In this document: in pieces, positions 50,771 through 63,639 of the stretch
Layout of the letters: each line of letters begins with the position of its first letter
How positions within the stretch are numbered: position 1 is the first letter of the stretch
Assembly (NCBI RefSeq): GCF_963921235.1
Contig: NC_086097.1
Location: forward strand, 201,626,001-201,690,000
Reading direction: 5' to 3'
DNA: 64,000 bases
Origin: Mobula hypostoma
Taxonomy: Eukaryota
Notes under the pieces: model-generated
Told to the model about the DNA's origin: nothing
The model's input: only the letters and a program-made list of their open reading frames with translations
The model's database searches: none
Translations under genes and position numbers: made by a program

Positions 50771-52529
50771 AGCCCCTGGGGATTTCTCCACCCTAATTTG
50801 TCTGAAGACAGCAAACACCTCCTCCTCTGTAATCTGTGTACAGTCTATAACTTCACTGCTGTCTTCTCTAAACTCTATGTACGTATCACAAGTACATACG
50901 GATGCAAAAACATCCTCTTAAGATCTCCCCTAAGCTATATATCAACAACATTCATTTATCAACAGTTTGACAATGTCATCAGTTCCTCTTGAATGTAGCC
51001 AATTTTTTAATAAAAGGAAAACTTCTTTTTCAGACAGAAGAATGTGCTAATAAGCCAAGGAAGCCATTGAAAGCACAAATGAATCACAATCAGATTCTAA
51101 GCATTATTATTTTAATTTCATTAATCAGAAGTGTTTACACTCCAACATTGAGGAAGAGAAAATGAATATTCATTTCCCAAACTATAAACATGACATCTTT
51201 AATAAGGGGGCCATAGAGCCAGAATTAATAAGTCTGCCATTATTGGTTTCTCTATCTTGGACTCTCTCGTGTAATTCAGCAGCTGAATCTACCAGATGTT
51301 TTCTGCTTTTGCTGGTACTAGAATCTCAAGACTTGAGTAATATAAGTGGTAAAAATAGCTTTTGATGGCACACATATATAATATGGCTACTTGAAATCCT
51401 TTCAAATATGTATAACATAAAAAAGAATATCATATGGATTATGAGGTAGCAACTGACAGCAGCAGACATAGGGAGTGGAGCATGAAGTGCAGAGATAAGT
51501 GGAAAGAACAGGAATTCCTGGTTCATGTGCTAAGCTGCAAAATTACTCTAACGTCATCTTCATTTTCTTTCTATCCCCTCCAGTCTACTGATTACTAACA
51601 TAAAGTTTGCAAATGCATTCATCTACTTAATCCCATCGCAAAGTTTGTGCATAGGATGGGAGGAAAGAAAAGCAATGCAAAGATACAAAAATATCATGAA
51701 GGAATGCCAGCAGGTCCTTCTGGTTTCAGTCCTCCAGTCATGATCCCCTATGTATCATGATTCAGACAATTTCACCACGCAATCTCTGGGAGAATTGAGA
51801 GACTGAAGGCCTTAGACAGAGAGTCAGCTTGTCCTCCCTCCATACACTGCTTACCTATTTGAACTATTGTTTGATAGCAACAAGGAAAGATACGAAGATA
51901 ATCAGATTACTGAGCATTTGAGATGGTTCTCTTCTCAGTGATCCTCAATACCATATTTTTTTTCAAAAGTGTAGAGCAGTACCAGATATATTACCAAATA
52001 GTAGAATCCTAGCATGAATAATATTTGACCTGAGAACTCGTTAATTATGTTAGATTTAAACATGTAGAGACTTGTGTAGAAAACCCAGAAGTTTCTGGAG
52101 CCGTTGATTGTTGGATGGGATGGACGGATAAGTTCATGGGAATTGCCACCTTGAAGAACAATAAATAGTGTTCTGAGACCCAATAAAGGGAAGAGATAAA
52201 GAATGTAATGGTTGTCAATATGAAAATAAAGATAAGTCATAATATCCATTAATAGGAAGTGATGGCCAATAAGAAAGTTCTTTGTTAGATTTCACTAAAT
52301 TTCATATATTTGTAAGTTACCAAGTTACCAATATTCAGATACCTTTAGACCTGATGGGGAAAGCTTTAAAATCATATACCATGGTTTATCCTGCACCAAA
52401 TCAAATGCATATGTTAGTGTTATCCTCTCCTTTAGTATTGTCTCTTTTTCATAATTAGGTTATACAGGGTCAATGCAGTAAATTTCAGCAAAGTAATTAT
52501 ATAGGTTTTCAGGTCAGTTATGCATTTCT

Positions 52530-53400
52530 GTAGAGTAATGCAGCACGAAAACATGCCCTTCAGCCCAACTGGCCCATGCTGAAGACAGCATCCTCCCTGC
52601 TAGATTTGGTCACCCTCATTTGGCCCATAATTCTTCATGCCCCTCCCCTCTGTGTATCTATCCAAATGTCTAAGTATTGCAGTTGTACCCACCTTGCCCA
52701 CTTCCTGTGGCAGCACATTCCAGGTACTCATTGCCTTCTGTATAAAGGAATTGTCTCTCAGGTCTCTTTTAAATCTCTCTCCTCTTCCACTCTAGTGTTG
52801 GATTCTCCAACCCTGAGGGAAAAGGCTATGACCATCTACTTTTCCTATGCACCTCATGATATTTTTAAACTTCTATGAGTTCACCCTCATTCTCTTGGAC
52901 TCTCGGGAATAAAGATCCATCATGGCCAACCATTCCTATAACTCATGCGCTATTGTCCAAGCAGTATTCTCATAAATCGCTTCTGCACCCTCTCTAGCTT
53001 GACAGTGTCTTTCCTGTAGCAGGGTGACCAAAAATGTACACAATAAATGTAGCCTCATCAACAACTTATATAATTTTTGTAATGTCCATACTCCTAAACT
53101 TGTTGCAGACCACCATGTTAAACACCTTCTTCACCACCCTGTATATTTCCACGGCTGTTTTCAGTGAACTGTGCAGTTCACTCTTCCACAACACTCATCA
53201 GTACCTGGTGTGTAAGTCTTACCGTGATTTGTTGGTCCAAAATGCATCATCTCACACTAATTTAAGTTGAAATCTATTTGCCATTCCTCAGTTCATCACT
53301 CTAATGAATCAAAAATCTCTTTACAATTCATTGTAACTTGCTCCACTATCAAGAAGACCCCATAATTTTGTATCATCACCATGCTTACTATTTGTGCCAT
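52530..53400 (-). mobile_element. Old CR1 LINE 3' fragment
   Basis: Nucleotide resemblance to other CR1 copies (cccttcagcccaactgg, cacattccag, DDTKL). Confidence 0.65.
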
Positions 53401-53424
53401 GTGCATCTGTATGTAACCTTCTTA

Positions 53425-53850
53425 CTGTTGTTGTCATCATCGTGGCTATCCCTCGAGGTCGAGGATGATGGTCTTCGTTCCATACAGAGCGAAGACACCT
53501 GTACATGTATTTGTTTAATGTGTACTTGATGTTGCACTCCAAGAAGCACACGATACTTCACAAATCAACCAACTGATTCCAATGGCATGGAAACCACAAC
53601 GATAGGAGCTGATGGATTTGTTGCAGCCTTCATTTGCCTTCACAGCCGTTGAGTTCGAAGTAACTTCGTTCGCCTGTTCCACTGTTGATGTCTTGGTTGG
53701 ATTGTTCTTTGTCAGGGACCTCACCCTCGACCTTACTGCCATGGGTGACCCTACCAAGAGCATAGCTCCAGCTCCAGATGGCATTGCTCTCGGGATCTCG
53801 GGACCACACAAGTTTCTCCACCGCGACAAGGTGACAATCCACGGAGAAGA
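53425..53850 (-). mobile_element. Bipartite non-autonomous RTE (Expander/Rex3-like 5' UTR joined to a short 3' tail)
   Basis: The minus strand 5' reads caccttgtcgcggtggag...ggtagggtcacccatggca..ggtc.agggtgagg..ccngacaaag. The 3' end has a palindrome cctcgacctcgaggg and a (gat/aac)n tail. Confidence 0.6.
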
Positions 53851-54563
53851 TGCACAGAGCCTACCTCTTACTGTAGGCTCGTAATGAGGTAGCTATTATT
53901 ATTGTGAATTCAACCTAATGGCAACCTAACTCCACAATGTATGGGGAATAATGATAAGAAGGCCATTTCCAATAAATAAACACGTAAATATGATCAAGGT
54001 AATACATAAAACTATAACAAACAAAATAAAGAAAAGAGCCATTGGACATATATTAGCCTATAGTGTGAACATAATTATTGGAGTTCATTGTTACGTAGTC
54101 CATCTCGTTTGTTTCACTTTGTTTACTCATGGTACCGAATGATTCTGCCTGAAAACACAGTCCAAGTGAAATATAAATAAATATCCATACCACATCCAAG
54201 GATAAGGCTCCAAACATTCTCCAAGGTTCTGTGATAACTAGCTAATTAAAAGTTAACTGTAGGTTCTCCGTGACACCATAGTCTGAAAGAGAATTTTCTG
54301 ACAGCAGTATCTGTCCTTCCAAATGGGTTCTGTGAGCATTTCACCTTGTTCATCACTCATGTTTGTTGTCTGTCTCCATTCTTTCATCTTACTCCTCCTT
54401 CCTCCAGCTCTCTCCAGAAAAATGGCTATCCCCAATCCCTCTAGAATCTTAATGGCTAATTCAACCAGCCTAACTTATCAATCAACTGAATTAAATTACA
54501 ATAATGTAATTAAGGGAATACATTGCATTTTGAGAAAATCTGCAGAAAATAAAATACCCAACA

Positions 54564-55244
54564 TTAGATTAGATTAGATTATTAGATTATGAGGACACGC
54601 AGTCCTCTTTTATTGTCATTTAGTAATGCATGCATTAAGAAATGATACAATGTTCCTCCAGAATGATATCACAGAAACACAAGACAAACTGACTGAAAAA
54701 CTGACAAAAACCACATAATTATAACGTATAGTTACAACAGTGCAAAGTAATACTGGACTTTAATAAAGAACAGACCATGGGCACGGTAAAAAAAAGTCTC
54801 AAAATCTCTCGGAAGTCCCATCATCTCACACAGACAGTAGAAGGAAGAAAAAAAACTCTTCCTGCCATGAACTTCCAGCGCCGCCAACTTGCTGATGCAG
54901 CATCCTGGAAGCACCCAACCACAGCTGACTCAAGTCCGTCCAAAAACTTTGAGCCTCCGACCAGCCCTCCAACACCGAGCGCCATCTCTGCCAAGCGCTT
55001 TGACCCCACCCCCAGCAACAGGCTATAGGCAAAGCCTATTTGGGGCCTTCCCCTCCGGAGATTCTCGATTGCACAGTAGCAGCGGCAGCGAAGCAGGCAT
55101 TTCAGAAGTTTCTCCAGATGTTCCTCCGTGCTTCTCACGTCTGTCTCCATCAAATCAGGATTGTGCACGGCCCCTAGTTAACACATACAATATCATTTCG
55201 GAGCGACGGCACATGTTGCGTCGCGCCGCCATCTTCTCCTCCCC
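54564..55244 (-). mobile_element. Second copy of the (TCTAA)n-tailed non-autonomous retroposon
   Basis: Colinear with 22272-22930. The minus-strand 5' end reads ggagaagatggcggcgcg. Confidence 0.82.
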
Positions 55245-55876
55245 AGTTATACATCATAACTGTATTAATAAAATAAAGCATAGCCTTAAACCAGGGTTAT
55301 TTTTACACATATACAAATCATTTACATAAATAGTGAATAACAGAGGTCCCGACACTGAGCCCAGAGGACCACCCCCCCAACTAGCTACAGGCCTCCAGTG
55401 AAAGAATTAATCTTCATCCTTTAACCATCATCCTTTGCTTCCTATCATTGAATCAATTTTGAATCCACCTTGCTAGCTCCCCATGGAATCCCATGTAACA
55501 TAACCTTCCAGATCAGCCTGCCATGTGGGACCTGATCAAAGGCCTTACTGAAGTCCATCCATTCCCCTACCTCAACTATCTCCCCCCCACCCCCCAAGTT
55601 ACTTCTTCAAAAATCTCTAAAAGGTTCATTAACCATGATCTTCCACACACAAAGCAATGCTGACTATTCCTGACCAAGCCTTGACTATCCAAGCGATGGT
55701 AGATCTTGTCCCTCAGAATTCCCTCCTGTAACTTTCTTACAACTGGAGTCAGGTTGACGGGCCTATAGTTCCTTGGCCTGTTCTTGCTACCATTGAACAG
55801 TGGAACAATGTTAGTTACCCTCAGTCTTCTGGAACTTCACCAGTGGCTCATAATGAAACAAATAGCTATGATCTCT

Positions 55877-56234
55877 GGCAACACACATCAAAGTTGCTGG
55901 TGAACGCAGCAGGCCAGGCAGCATCTCTAGGAAGAGGTACAGTCGACGTTTCAGGCCGAGACCCTTCGTCAGGACTAACTGAAGGAAGAGATAGTAAGAG
56001 ATTTGAAAGTGGGAGGGGGAGGGGGAGATCCAAAATGATAGGAGAAGACAGGAGGGGGAGGGATGGAGCCAGGAGCTGGACAGGTGATTGGCAAAGGGGA
56101 TGTGAGAGGATCATGGGACAGGAGGTCAAGGGAGAAAGACAACGGGGGGGGGGGGACACCAGAGGATGGTCAAGGGGTATAGTTAGAGGGACAGAGGGAG
56201 AAAAAGGAGAGTGAGAGAAAGAATGTGTGTATAA
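55877..56234 (-). mobile_element. Penelope 3' UTR + terminal repeat fragment
   Basis: TSD atgatctct at 55868-76 and 56235-43. Pyrimidine-rich UTR on the minus strand, followed by a hammerhead motif. Confidence 0.85.
55940..55977 (-). ncRNA. Minimal type-I hammerhead ribozyme motif, intact core
   Basis: The minus strand reads tAGTC-CTGACGA-agggtctcggcct-GAAA-cg-TC-GACTg. Confidence 0.75.
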
Positions 56235-56371
56235 ATGATCTCTTCTCTGGCCTCCCATAAGATCTGTGGGTGCAATAGGTCAGGCCCTAGGGATTTTTCC
56301 CACCTTAATGTGTTTCAGGACCCCTTCCTTATAATATGCATATGATTTAAGATCTCACTGCTAATTACCCT

Positions 56372-56685
56372 TTGTGAGCACGTGGCCAAGTGGTTAAGAC
56401 ATTGGACTAGTGACCTGAAGGTCGTGAGTTCGAGCCCCAGCCGAGGGAACGTGTTGTGTCCTTGAGCAAAGCACTTAATCACACATTGCTCTGCGACGAC
56501 ACTGGTGCCAAGCTGTATGGGTCCTAATGCCCTTCCCTTGGACAACATTGGTGTTATGGAGAGGGGAGACTTGCAGCATGGGCAACTGCTGGTCTTCCAT
56601 ACAACTTTGCCCAGGCCTGCGCCCTGGAGAGTGAAGACTTTCCAGGCGCGGATCCATGGTCGCACAAGACTAACGGACGCCTTTA
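56372..56685 (+). mobile_element. tRNA-derived SINE with CORE-like central block
   Basis: A box tggccaagtgg, B box gttcgagcc, CORE-like gtgtccttgagcaaagcacttaa. TSD ctaattaccct at 56361-71 and 56686-96. Confidence 0.88.
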
Positions 56686-57536
56686 CTAATTACCCTCATT
56701 TCTTTGGTGTGAATCATACCCTCCGAAATTTAACCAACCAGAAAATTACCAAACACAAATTCTCTCCATTATCACACTAATCCTCTGATTATTTTTCACT
56801 TGATCCAAACTTAATTCATCAATTGCAATGTGCACGAGAAATGTCTAGGTACTTGAATAGCTACACATAAGTAACAAATAAATATAGTTTCCATAATTTC
56901 TAATTTCATGGTGCTTTGATTAACTTCCGATATAACTTAGACTTTCTGTGCTGAGCTATGAATGGAAGTTAGTTTAAAGAGCTTAGAAGAACACCACCCA
57001 GATTCTTAGGTAATTCCAATGTACTTTTTCAGGCCTTGGCCCAAAACGTTGACTGTACTGTTTTCCATAGATGCTGTCTGGCCTGCTGGATTCTTCCAGC
57101 ATTTTGTGTGTTTCCAGCATCTGCGGATTTCTCCTGTTACCTCGAAGACGTCATGCTTCTTTAGCGGCATGTGCCCCAGTGCAGTATTTATTCCACAAAA
57201 ACTGACAAAGTGTAGCAGTGGATTTTCCCTTGGGAACTACCAAGTCTGAAAGAAGAGTAGCATCAATGAGAGATGAAAAGTATTTCAAGCTGTACCACAC
57301 ACTTGTGATATACAGTATGGTCAGATGTGCATTAACCTCTTGTTACTTTCCAGACATATTTGCTGCATCAACAATCCTGTCTATATCATTTCCATTTCTT
57401 CTAGAAATATCCTATTAACAGGGCTTTGTGTTCAATTCCCGGCACATATTATTATACCATTATATGTCCATTATACCGTTTAAACAGACTCCCAATTCTA
57501 AATAGCATTCAGCACATTCAGTAATTAACCAATGAA

Positions 57537-58083
57537 CACTCAGTGCCCATGTTATTAGGTACATCTTTATACCTACTCATTAATGCAAATATCTAATCAG
57601 CCAATTATGTGGCAGCAACTGAATGCATAAGAGCATGTAGACATGGTCAGAAGGTTCAGTCGTTCAGACCAAACATCAGAATGGGTAAGAAATGAGATCG
57701 AAGTGACTTTGACTGTGGAATGATTGATGGGGTGGTTTGAGTATCTCAGAAACTGCTGATCTCCTGGGATTTTCGCACATAATAGTCTCTAAAGTTTACA
57801 GAGAATGGTGCGATAAACAAAATACATCCAGTGAGCAGCTGATCTGTGGGCGAAAACCCCTTGTCAGAGAAAAATAACCAGACTGGTTCAAACTAACAGG
57901 AAAGTGATATTAACTAAAGGAAACACGCGTTACAACCGTGGTGTGCAGAAGAGCGTCTCTGAATACACAACATGTTGAACCTTGAAGTGGATGAACTGCA
58001 GCAGAACACCACAAACTACAGAAATTCATTCAGTGGCCACTTTATTAGGTGCTTCCTGTACCTAATGAAGTTGCCACTGAGTG
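57537..58083 (+). mobile_element. Tc1-derived non-autonomous element (MITE-like)
   Basis: TIRs cactcagtgcccatgttattaggtac and gtacctaatgaagttgccactgagtg followed by TA. An extra TIR copy sits near 58027-58050. N-terminal transposase relic MGKK..SDFD.GMI. Confidence 0.8.
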
Positions 58084-60449
58084 TATAACTCTGGTAGTTC
58101 CTTATAAATTTTGATACAATGGAAGGTGTGTGTGGCAGCCAAATACTTTTGAGAGTACAAGGCTCCTATGATTGAAGTAACAATTCTTTCCTGCATTGGA
58201 ATCCTGGGCTACACCTAACTCTTACTATGACTGTTCCACAAGGGGATAAGTAGCCAAGTCTATCACGGTTACTGCTTTAGAAACATAGAAAACCTACAGC
58301 GCAATACAGGCCCTTCGGTCCACAAAGCTGTGCCGAACATGCTGAGTGAGTTGAATGGTATGAAGAACAAGGAACAGGTTGACACCAAAAGAGGACGTAG
58401 AGGATCATGGAAAAAAAACACAGAATAATGGCTCACTGGACATCGGCAGAGAGAGGAATCTAGTCTCATCAGAACTAGCAAGTCCTGATACAAACTGGTT
58501 AGGTTATCCGAAATTGTTGAATTCGGTCTGAAGAAGTCCTGAGGACTATAAATGCCTCATTGACAGACGGAATGCTTTCCTATGGGGGGCGGGGGGGGCT
58601 AGAATTTGTACAGTGTATGAGGCCAAAGATAGTCAGAGTGGGATGGGGACTTTAAGTGACAGGCATGTGAAAGCTAAGGGTCACTCATGCAGTCTGAGTG
58701 GAAGGGTTCTGCAGCAGTTAGTTTACATTTGATTTGTCCATTGTAAAAGAAACCACATCATGAATATTGAATGCGGCACATTAAACTGGAAGTACAAATG
58801 AATCACTGCTTCTTCTGGAGTTTGTAATTCCTTCAGTTTAGTGCATTACATTTGGTGCTCATCATGTGAAATCTAATAGCTAGTTCTGATGAAGGGCCGT
58901 CAATGTTAACTTTGTCTCTCTCTCAACAGATGCTTCCTGACTTCCTGAGTAACTTCACCATTCTCTGTTTCTGTTTCAGATTTTCAGCATCTGCATTTTT
59001 CCTGTATTGCAGGGCAGAAGAATCTACTATCTGAGAACTCTCTGAAGGAGAGAGATGGAGTTTAGTGTAGAGTGTTGTAAGGCATATGCATTGAATATGA
59101 AAATAAAGAATGAAAAAAATGCTGGCATTTTAATAACTTCAATACTAGCACACTATTGATTGGAGGATTAACATGCTAGACAATCATGTTCATTACATTT
59201 TGCCTTGGATGAGAGAATTGAATGGGAAAAATTCACAGCAGAAGTTACAGATGAACATTTAACTGACCAAAGACCCGCAAGATTCTCATTGACATCAGTC
59301 TCATTGGCTTCACATTCATGAAGCCTGAGAAGAAATGAAATTACACAGTTTATCTTCAAGAATAGATCTTTTACATAGATTATGAATTAGCTTGCAACAA
59401 TCAAGAGAGTTTTAAATTGTTAATTCTGAATGCATGACCATAAGTCAGTGGGTAATCTATATTTGTAATGGTTATGTGGACATGCCACACGGAAGTACAT
59501 GAATAAGAAGATTCAACTTACCGAACTGTTTGTAGAGCTGTGAGTGAGCAAACAATTTCAATTAGCTTGGGTATTTGAACCTGCTGTACATCTTAATAAT
59601 TTATTGTAAAGTTTGAAAATATTTGAACTGTGTGAGAAGAAGAATAATTTTAAGTGCTGTGGGTAATTATTAAATCACTAACCAAAGATTGATCAAAGAT
59701 GATATTGATTCCACTGTTTTGAGCATCTTATTGTGTTGTTTCCATAGGTGTTAAGTTTTAAGAGAATATGGACAAGATAATGTAAGAGCATTTGGCCTGG
59801 ACCGCTGTTAAGAGTCCTAAACCACATTTCAGAAAAAGACTTACGACGTGATCAGAAATCTGGGCTGTACCTGGGTCCATGTATACTGTGTTCTGGTGCA
59901 GGCCTACAAGCCCTGCAATAGTTCATTCAGTTTTCTGTCACTGAGGGAAAGGTTATCGATCACAGGTGACTTGGGGATAGATTGATCACTTCCAGTAAAC
60001 ATTCAAAAAATAGTATCAGTGTGTCATACGGAGCTTCCAAATTTCAGTTATATTAAAATAAATGGATCCAAATCTAGGAAATGGAGTATAGCACACATCT
60101 ACTAACCCAGTGATTCAACACACTGCTAATCAAGATGTTCACAAGGCAGAAAGATTATGCTGTTCGGATCTAATTTGTATTGCTTCAGGGAACTAAATGG
60201 TTTTGCCAAGCCTGGGAAATTGTTTAGCCAGGTTATTTTTGAAGTGAAGCATATTATTCATTTATACCTGATGGAAGTTTACTCGCTGCGGTCTATATGC
60301 CAAGCAGGTTAATATCTGTTGCATATAGTATGAGCACAATTATTTAGAAAACTAAAAAGTTTTGTTCAAAATTTATTGATCAATACAATTCTTCAATCTG
60401 CAATTCTTATTTCGTTCTGCCTCTCATGCTGCAATTATCATATTTTCAG

Positions 60450-60546
60450 ATTGGGTGCGATGGGGTTTCTCGTCTCAGTGCTTCAGCCCTGAATAATGAA
60501 TTCTTTGCTTATGCGGCACAAGGTTGGAAGGAACGATTAGCAGAAG
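60450..60546 (+). CDS. ASXL3: Next coding exon (97 bp) of the same ASXL-family gene, DEUBAD domain
   Basis: Acceptor tattttcag ends at 60449 and donor gtataa starts at 60547. Translates [32 protein letters not shown](G), in phase 0 with the previous exon. [13 protein letters not shown] matches ASXL3. Confidence 0.93.
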
Positions 60547-61253
60547 GTATAACTAATTCATGAATATGCGTAGTTCATTGATGTACAAACAGAAGTTGAA
60601 ATGTTACGCTTCCTCAAAGTGGGAATCAAATACATCTTGTTTAATCTGTGTGTTCATTTCTGTGATCATTATCAATACTACTTTCGTTGAATAGTAAATG
60701 TAATTGAGCATTTGCAGTATTGTTACTGTAGCCTTCATCGCTTTCTAGCTAGCAGGCAAGCAGCCAGTCATCAGAGTGAATAAAGGAGAACCCCTGCTTA
60801 CTGTCCTCATTCACAGCACATCCAAGTAATGTACACAGTGTGCAACCGCCATTGAATTTTAGGCACTGCTGTTCAGTAAAAGTTAATGTGAATGTCAATG
60901 TAAAGTCTGCATTATTGCCCACTAAGCAGTTTATTGAAGGCTCTTCACTGATGCATTAGGTTCTCAACATGAGCATATATCTCAGCTTGATTTTTGACCT
61001 ACTATGTTAGCAGTACTGGAGAAATCATTCACAGATTACAACAAATCTTCCTTGTAAAAATATCAATTGCAAATAAAGCTTGTAAAAAGTTGAATTCCAA
61101 AGCTTTTTTAAACTTAAACTGCAGGTAAATCCATATCATTAATTATAACAGAGTGGGGAAAGAAACAAAATGCCCAAGTATTGATTGAGGCATCGCTGAA
61201 GGAAAATTTTAAGTCATTTAGTTTTGGTGATCTAGGTCAGCCCTCATAAAAGT

Positions 61254-61291
61254 TAGTCCTGACGAAGGGTCTCGGCCTGAAACGTCGACTG
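61254..61291 (+). ncRNA. Minimal type-I hammerhead ribozyme motif, intact core, sense to ASXL3
   Basis: tAGTC-CTGACGA-agggtctcggcct-GAAA-cg-TC-GACTg. Confidence 0.75.
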
Positions 61292-61348
61292 CGCCTCTTC
61301 CTATAGGTGCTGCTTGGCCTGCTGCGTTCACCAGCAACTTTGATGTAT
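61255..61348 (+). mobile_element. About 94-bp Penelope-derived mini-insertion
   Basis: Flanked by a perfect 19-bp direct repeat gtcagccctcataaaagtt at 61236-54 and 61349-67. Confidence 0.9.
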
Positions 61349-63199
61349 GTCAGCCCTCATAAAAGTTTGGTTTGGTACAGCACATGGCATTTTCAAATAC
61401 ATGTATTTCTATCCTATGATTTTAAAATAGCTTTACAATATAAAACTGATCATTAATTCAGTGCAGGTTCCTTTGCATTTGCCCTCTATTGGGCTCTCTG
61501 GCAGCCCAAAGACTGATGCACTAATTATATATATTGAAGACTTACTGTTTTTTTAAAATCTACATTCAATGTGAAACTATATTTTAATTTATATTAAGAA
61601 GAGTAATTCAGCTGTGGGAGTAGCTATCAAAATCATAGCTTTTTGCTTTCTTGTTTAGACAATTGGATACTTCAACTACTCTGCATATGTAACAAGAAAT
61701 TATTATTAATAATATTAGTATATTAACAATTAATGTGTTGCATGACATTTTTATGTTCTTTATGTTATCCAAAATTTTGTCTAAATCCATAGTTAATATC
61801 CTTCACTAAAACTGAAACTGCAGGATATATTTCAAACATGATGGGCAAGACATTCTTGTGCACCCAAATGGGTTGGGTAAATTAATATTACAATTCGGAG
61901 GGCCTAAAAGTGGTTGGGCAGTCTTCACTGCAATCCTGCAAATGTTTTTTTAGGAAAACTAAAATGAAACACATGCATGAAGTTACCAAATATGGAACAG
62001 TATTCTATGCTCTCAGGTGGACTTGATTGGCAATTTGAAATATTCGGTATATTATTTTCTTTTTTATCATCATTGTTGATCTCTATATTTCATCATGGAT
62101 ATTAATCATCATAAGACCATCTGGGCTGATTGCTAAATTTTTACTCAACTGAAAATTATTTCCAGTTACAGAATAATCCACATCAGTTTAGCTCACTGTG
62201 ATTAAAAGCTTTAGTGCAATGATCCTGTAATATAAAAAATAAATATAATTAAAAGTCATGACATTTCCCATCATTTCTTATTTTGTTTTCACACCCTAGC
62301 AATTCAGCAAGTATTGTGACTGAAATATTCTCTTTAAGGGATTTAATGTAGTCACAAAACATACAATCTTTTTCTGAAGAAAGCTTCCGTCTGCTATGAG
62401 GGAAATGGTCCTTCTTGAAAGCCAATTGTTGGGCATATGCAAAAACTCTGAAGAATAATGTTTAAAAGTATATGCACTTGAAATTTTAGCTGTAATTACA
62501 TAACATGGTTGAGGACAAACCTAACTGGCAAAAAAATCAAAACTGTACTCCAAATGCATGAATGAATGACTGAAAATGCTAGAAATAACTCCACAAATAA
62601 TCTGTGGAAAGATTTATGATGATTTTTCATTAAAATTGTAAGAGGTTGTAGATAAAATAGTTATAAAACTGTACAGAAAGTGGCATTAGGAAAGAAAGAA
62701 TGCAAGGCAAGTTTTGTAATAAGGTGAAAAGAAGATGAGTGATCTGTCCAATTGATAACTGGATGGATAGAGTAAGAAAATATTGATCTTGTTACTTTAT
62801 CTGCCCTGAAGACACACACTCAACAATTCAGGAACAGTTTCTTCCCTTCTGCCATCAGATTTCTGAATGGACATTGAACCCATGAACACTACCTCACCAC
62901 TTTTTTTGTACTACTTTACTGCTGTCTCTTAACAACAAATTTCACAACATGCCGGTGATGTTAAACCTGTTTCTGATTCTGATTTGGAGATTACTTATTT
63001 TTAATAGTCAACAAGTGATGGAGGGGAGCATGTCTGTGGGTAATACAGAAATATAGATATTGTAAAACACATTAAACATAATCAAACTTGTTGAATTGTA
63101 CTTACTTTATGGTTTATTGCTTGTTCTCAGGCATATTTGCTTGTTCGTATAGTTTTATTTGCAGTAGTGTGTTTTCCAGCTTCTCAATTATTTCAACAG

Positions 63200-63625
63200 C
63201 AAAATGATATCCAGGGAAAGAATAGGTCCCTTTTAAAGAAAAAATGGTCATCTATTTGTGGAACCACAAAAGATGGGTGAGGTCTTAAACAAATACTTTT
63301 CATTTATACTTATAATTGACCAGACGGTAGAAGCTAAGGAATTAACAAACATTAATAGAGATATCTTGAAACATATTCACATTACAAAAAAGGGGATGTT
63401 ACAATTCTTAAAACTTATTATGGTGGATAAGACCCTGGGCCCTGACCAAGTTTATTATAGGACATTGTGGGACGCTACAGAAGAAATTGCAGGAGCACTG
63501 GCAGAGATAGTTACATCATCTTTAGCCGCAAATGATGTATAGAAAGTCTGGAGGATGTCAAATGCTGTGCCTTTATTTAAAAAGGGCCAGCCAATGAACC
63601 TAATATCAGTGGTGGGAAAGTTTTA
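63200..63625 (+). mobile_element. Old CR1 fragment (pre-RT region)
   Basis: MGEVLNKYF..GPDQVYYRTL in ORF 63258-63542. Confidence 0.75.
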
Positions 63626-63639
63626 GGGGCGATAACACG

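Larger units (their letters stand above)
55320..56330 (-). mobile_element. Old CR1 fragment interrupted by a Penelope 3' fragment
   Basis: ccatgtgggacctgatcaaaggccttactgaagtcc is the reverse of the DF.KAFD.VPH coding sequence. Confidence 0.65.

Noticed and set aside
56376..56450. tRNA-like sequence
   Set aside because: It is the head of a SINE with body, tail and TSD, not a tRNA gene.
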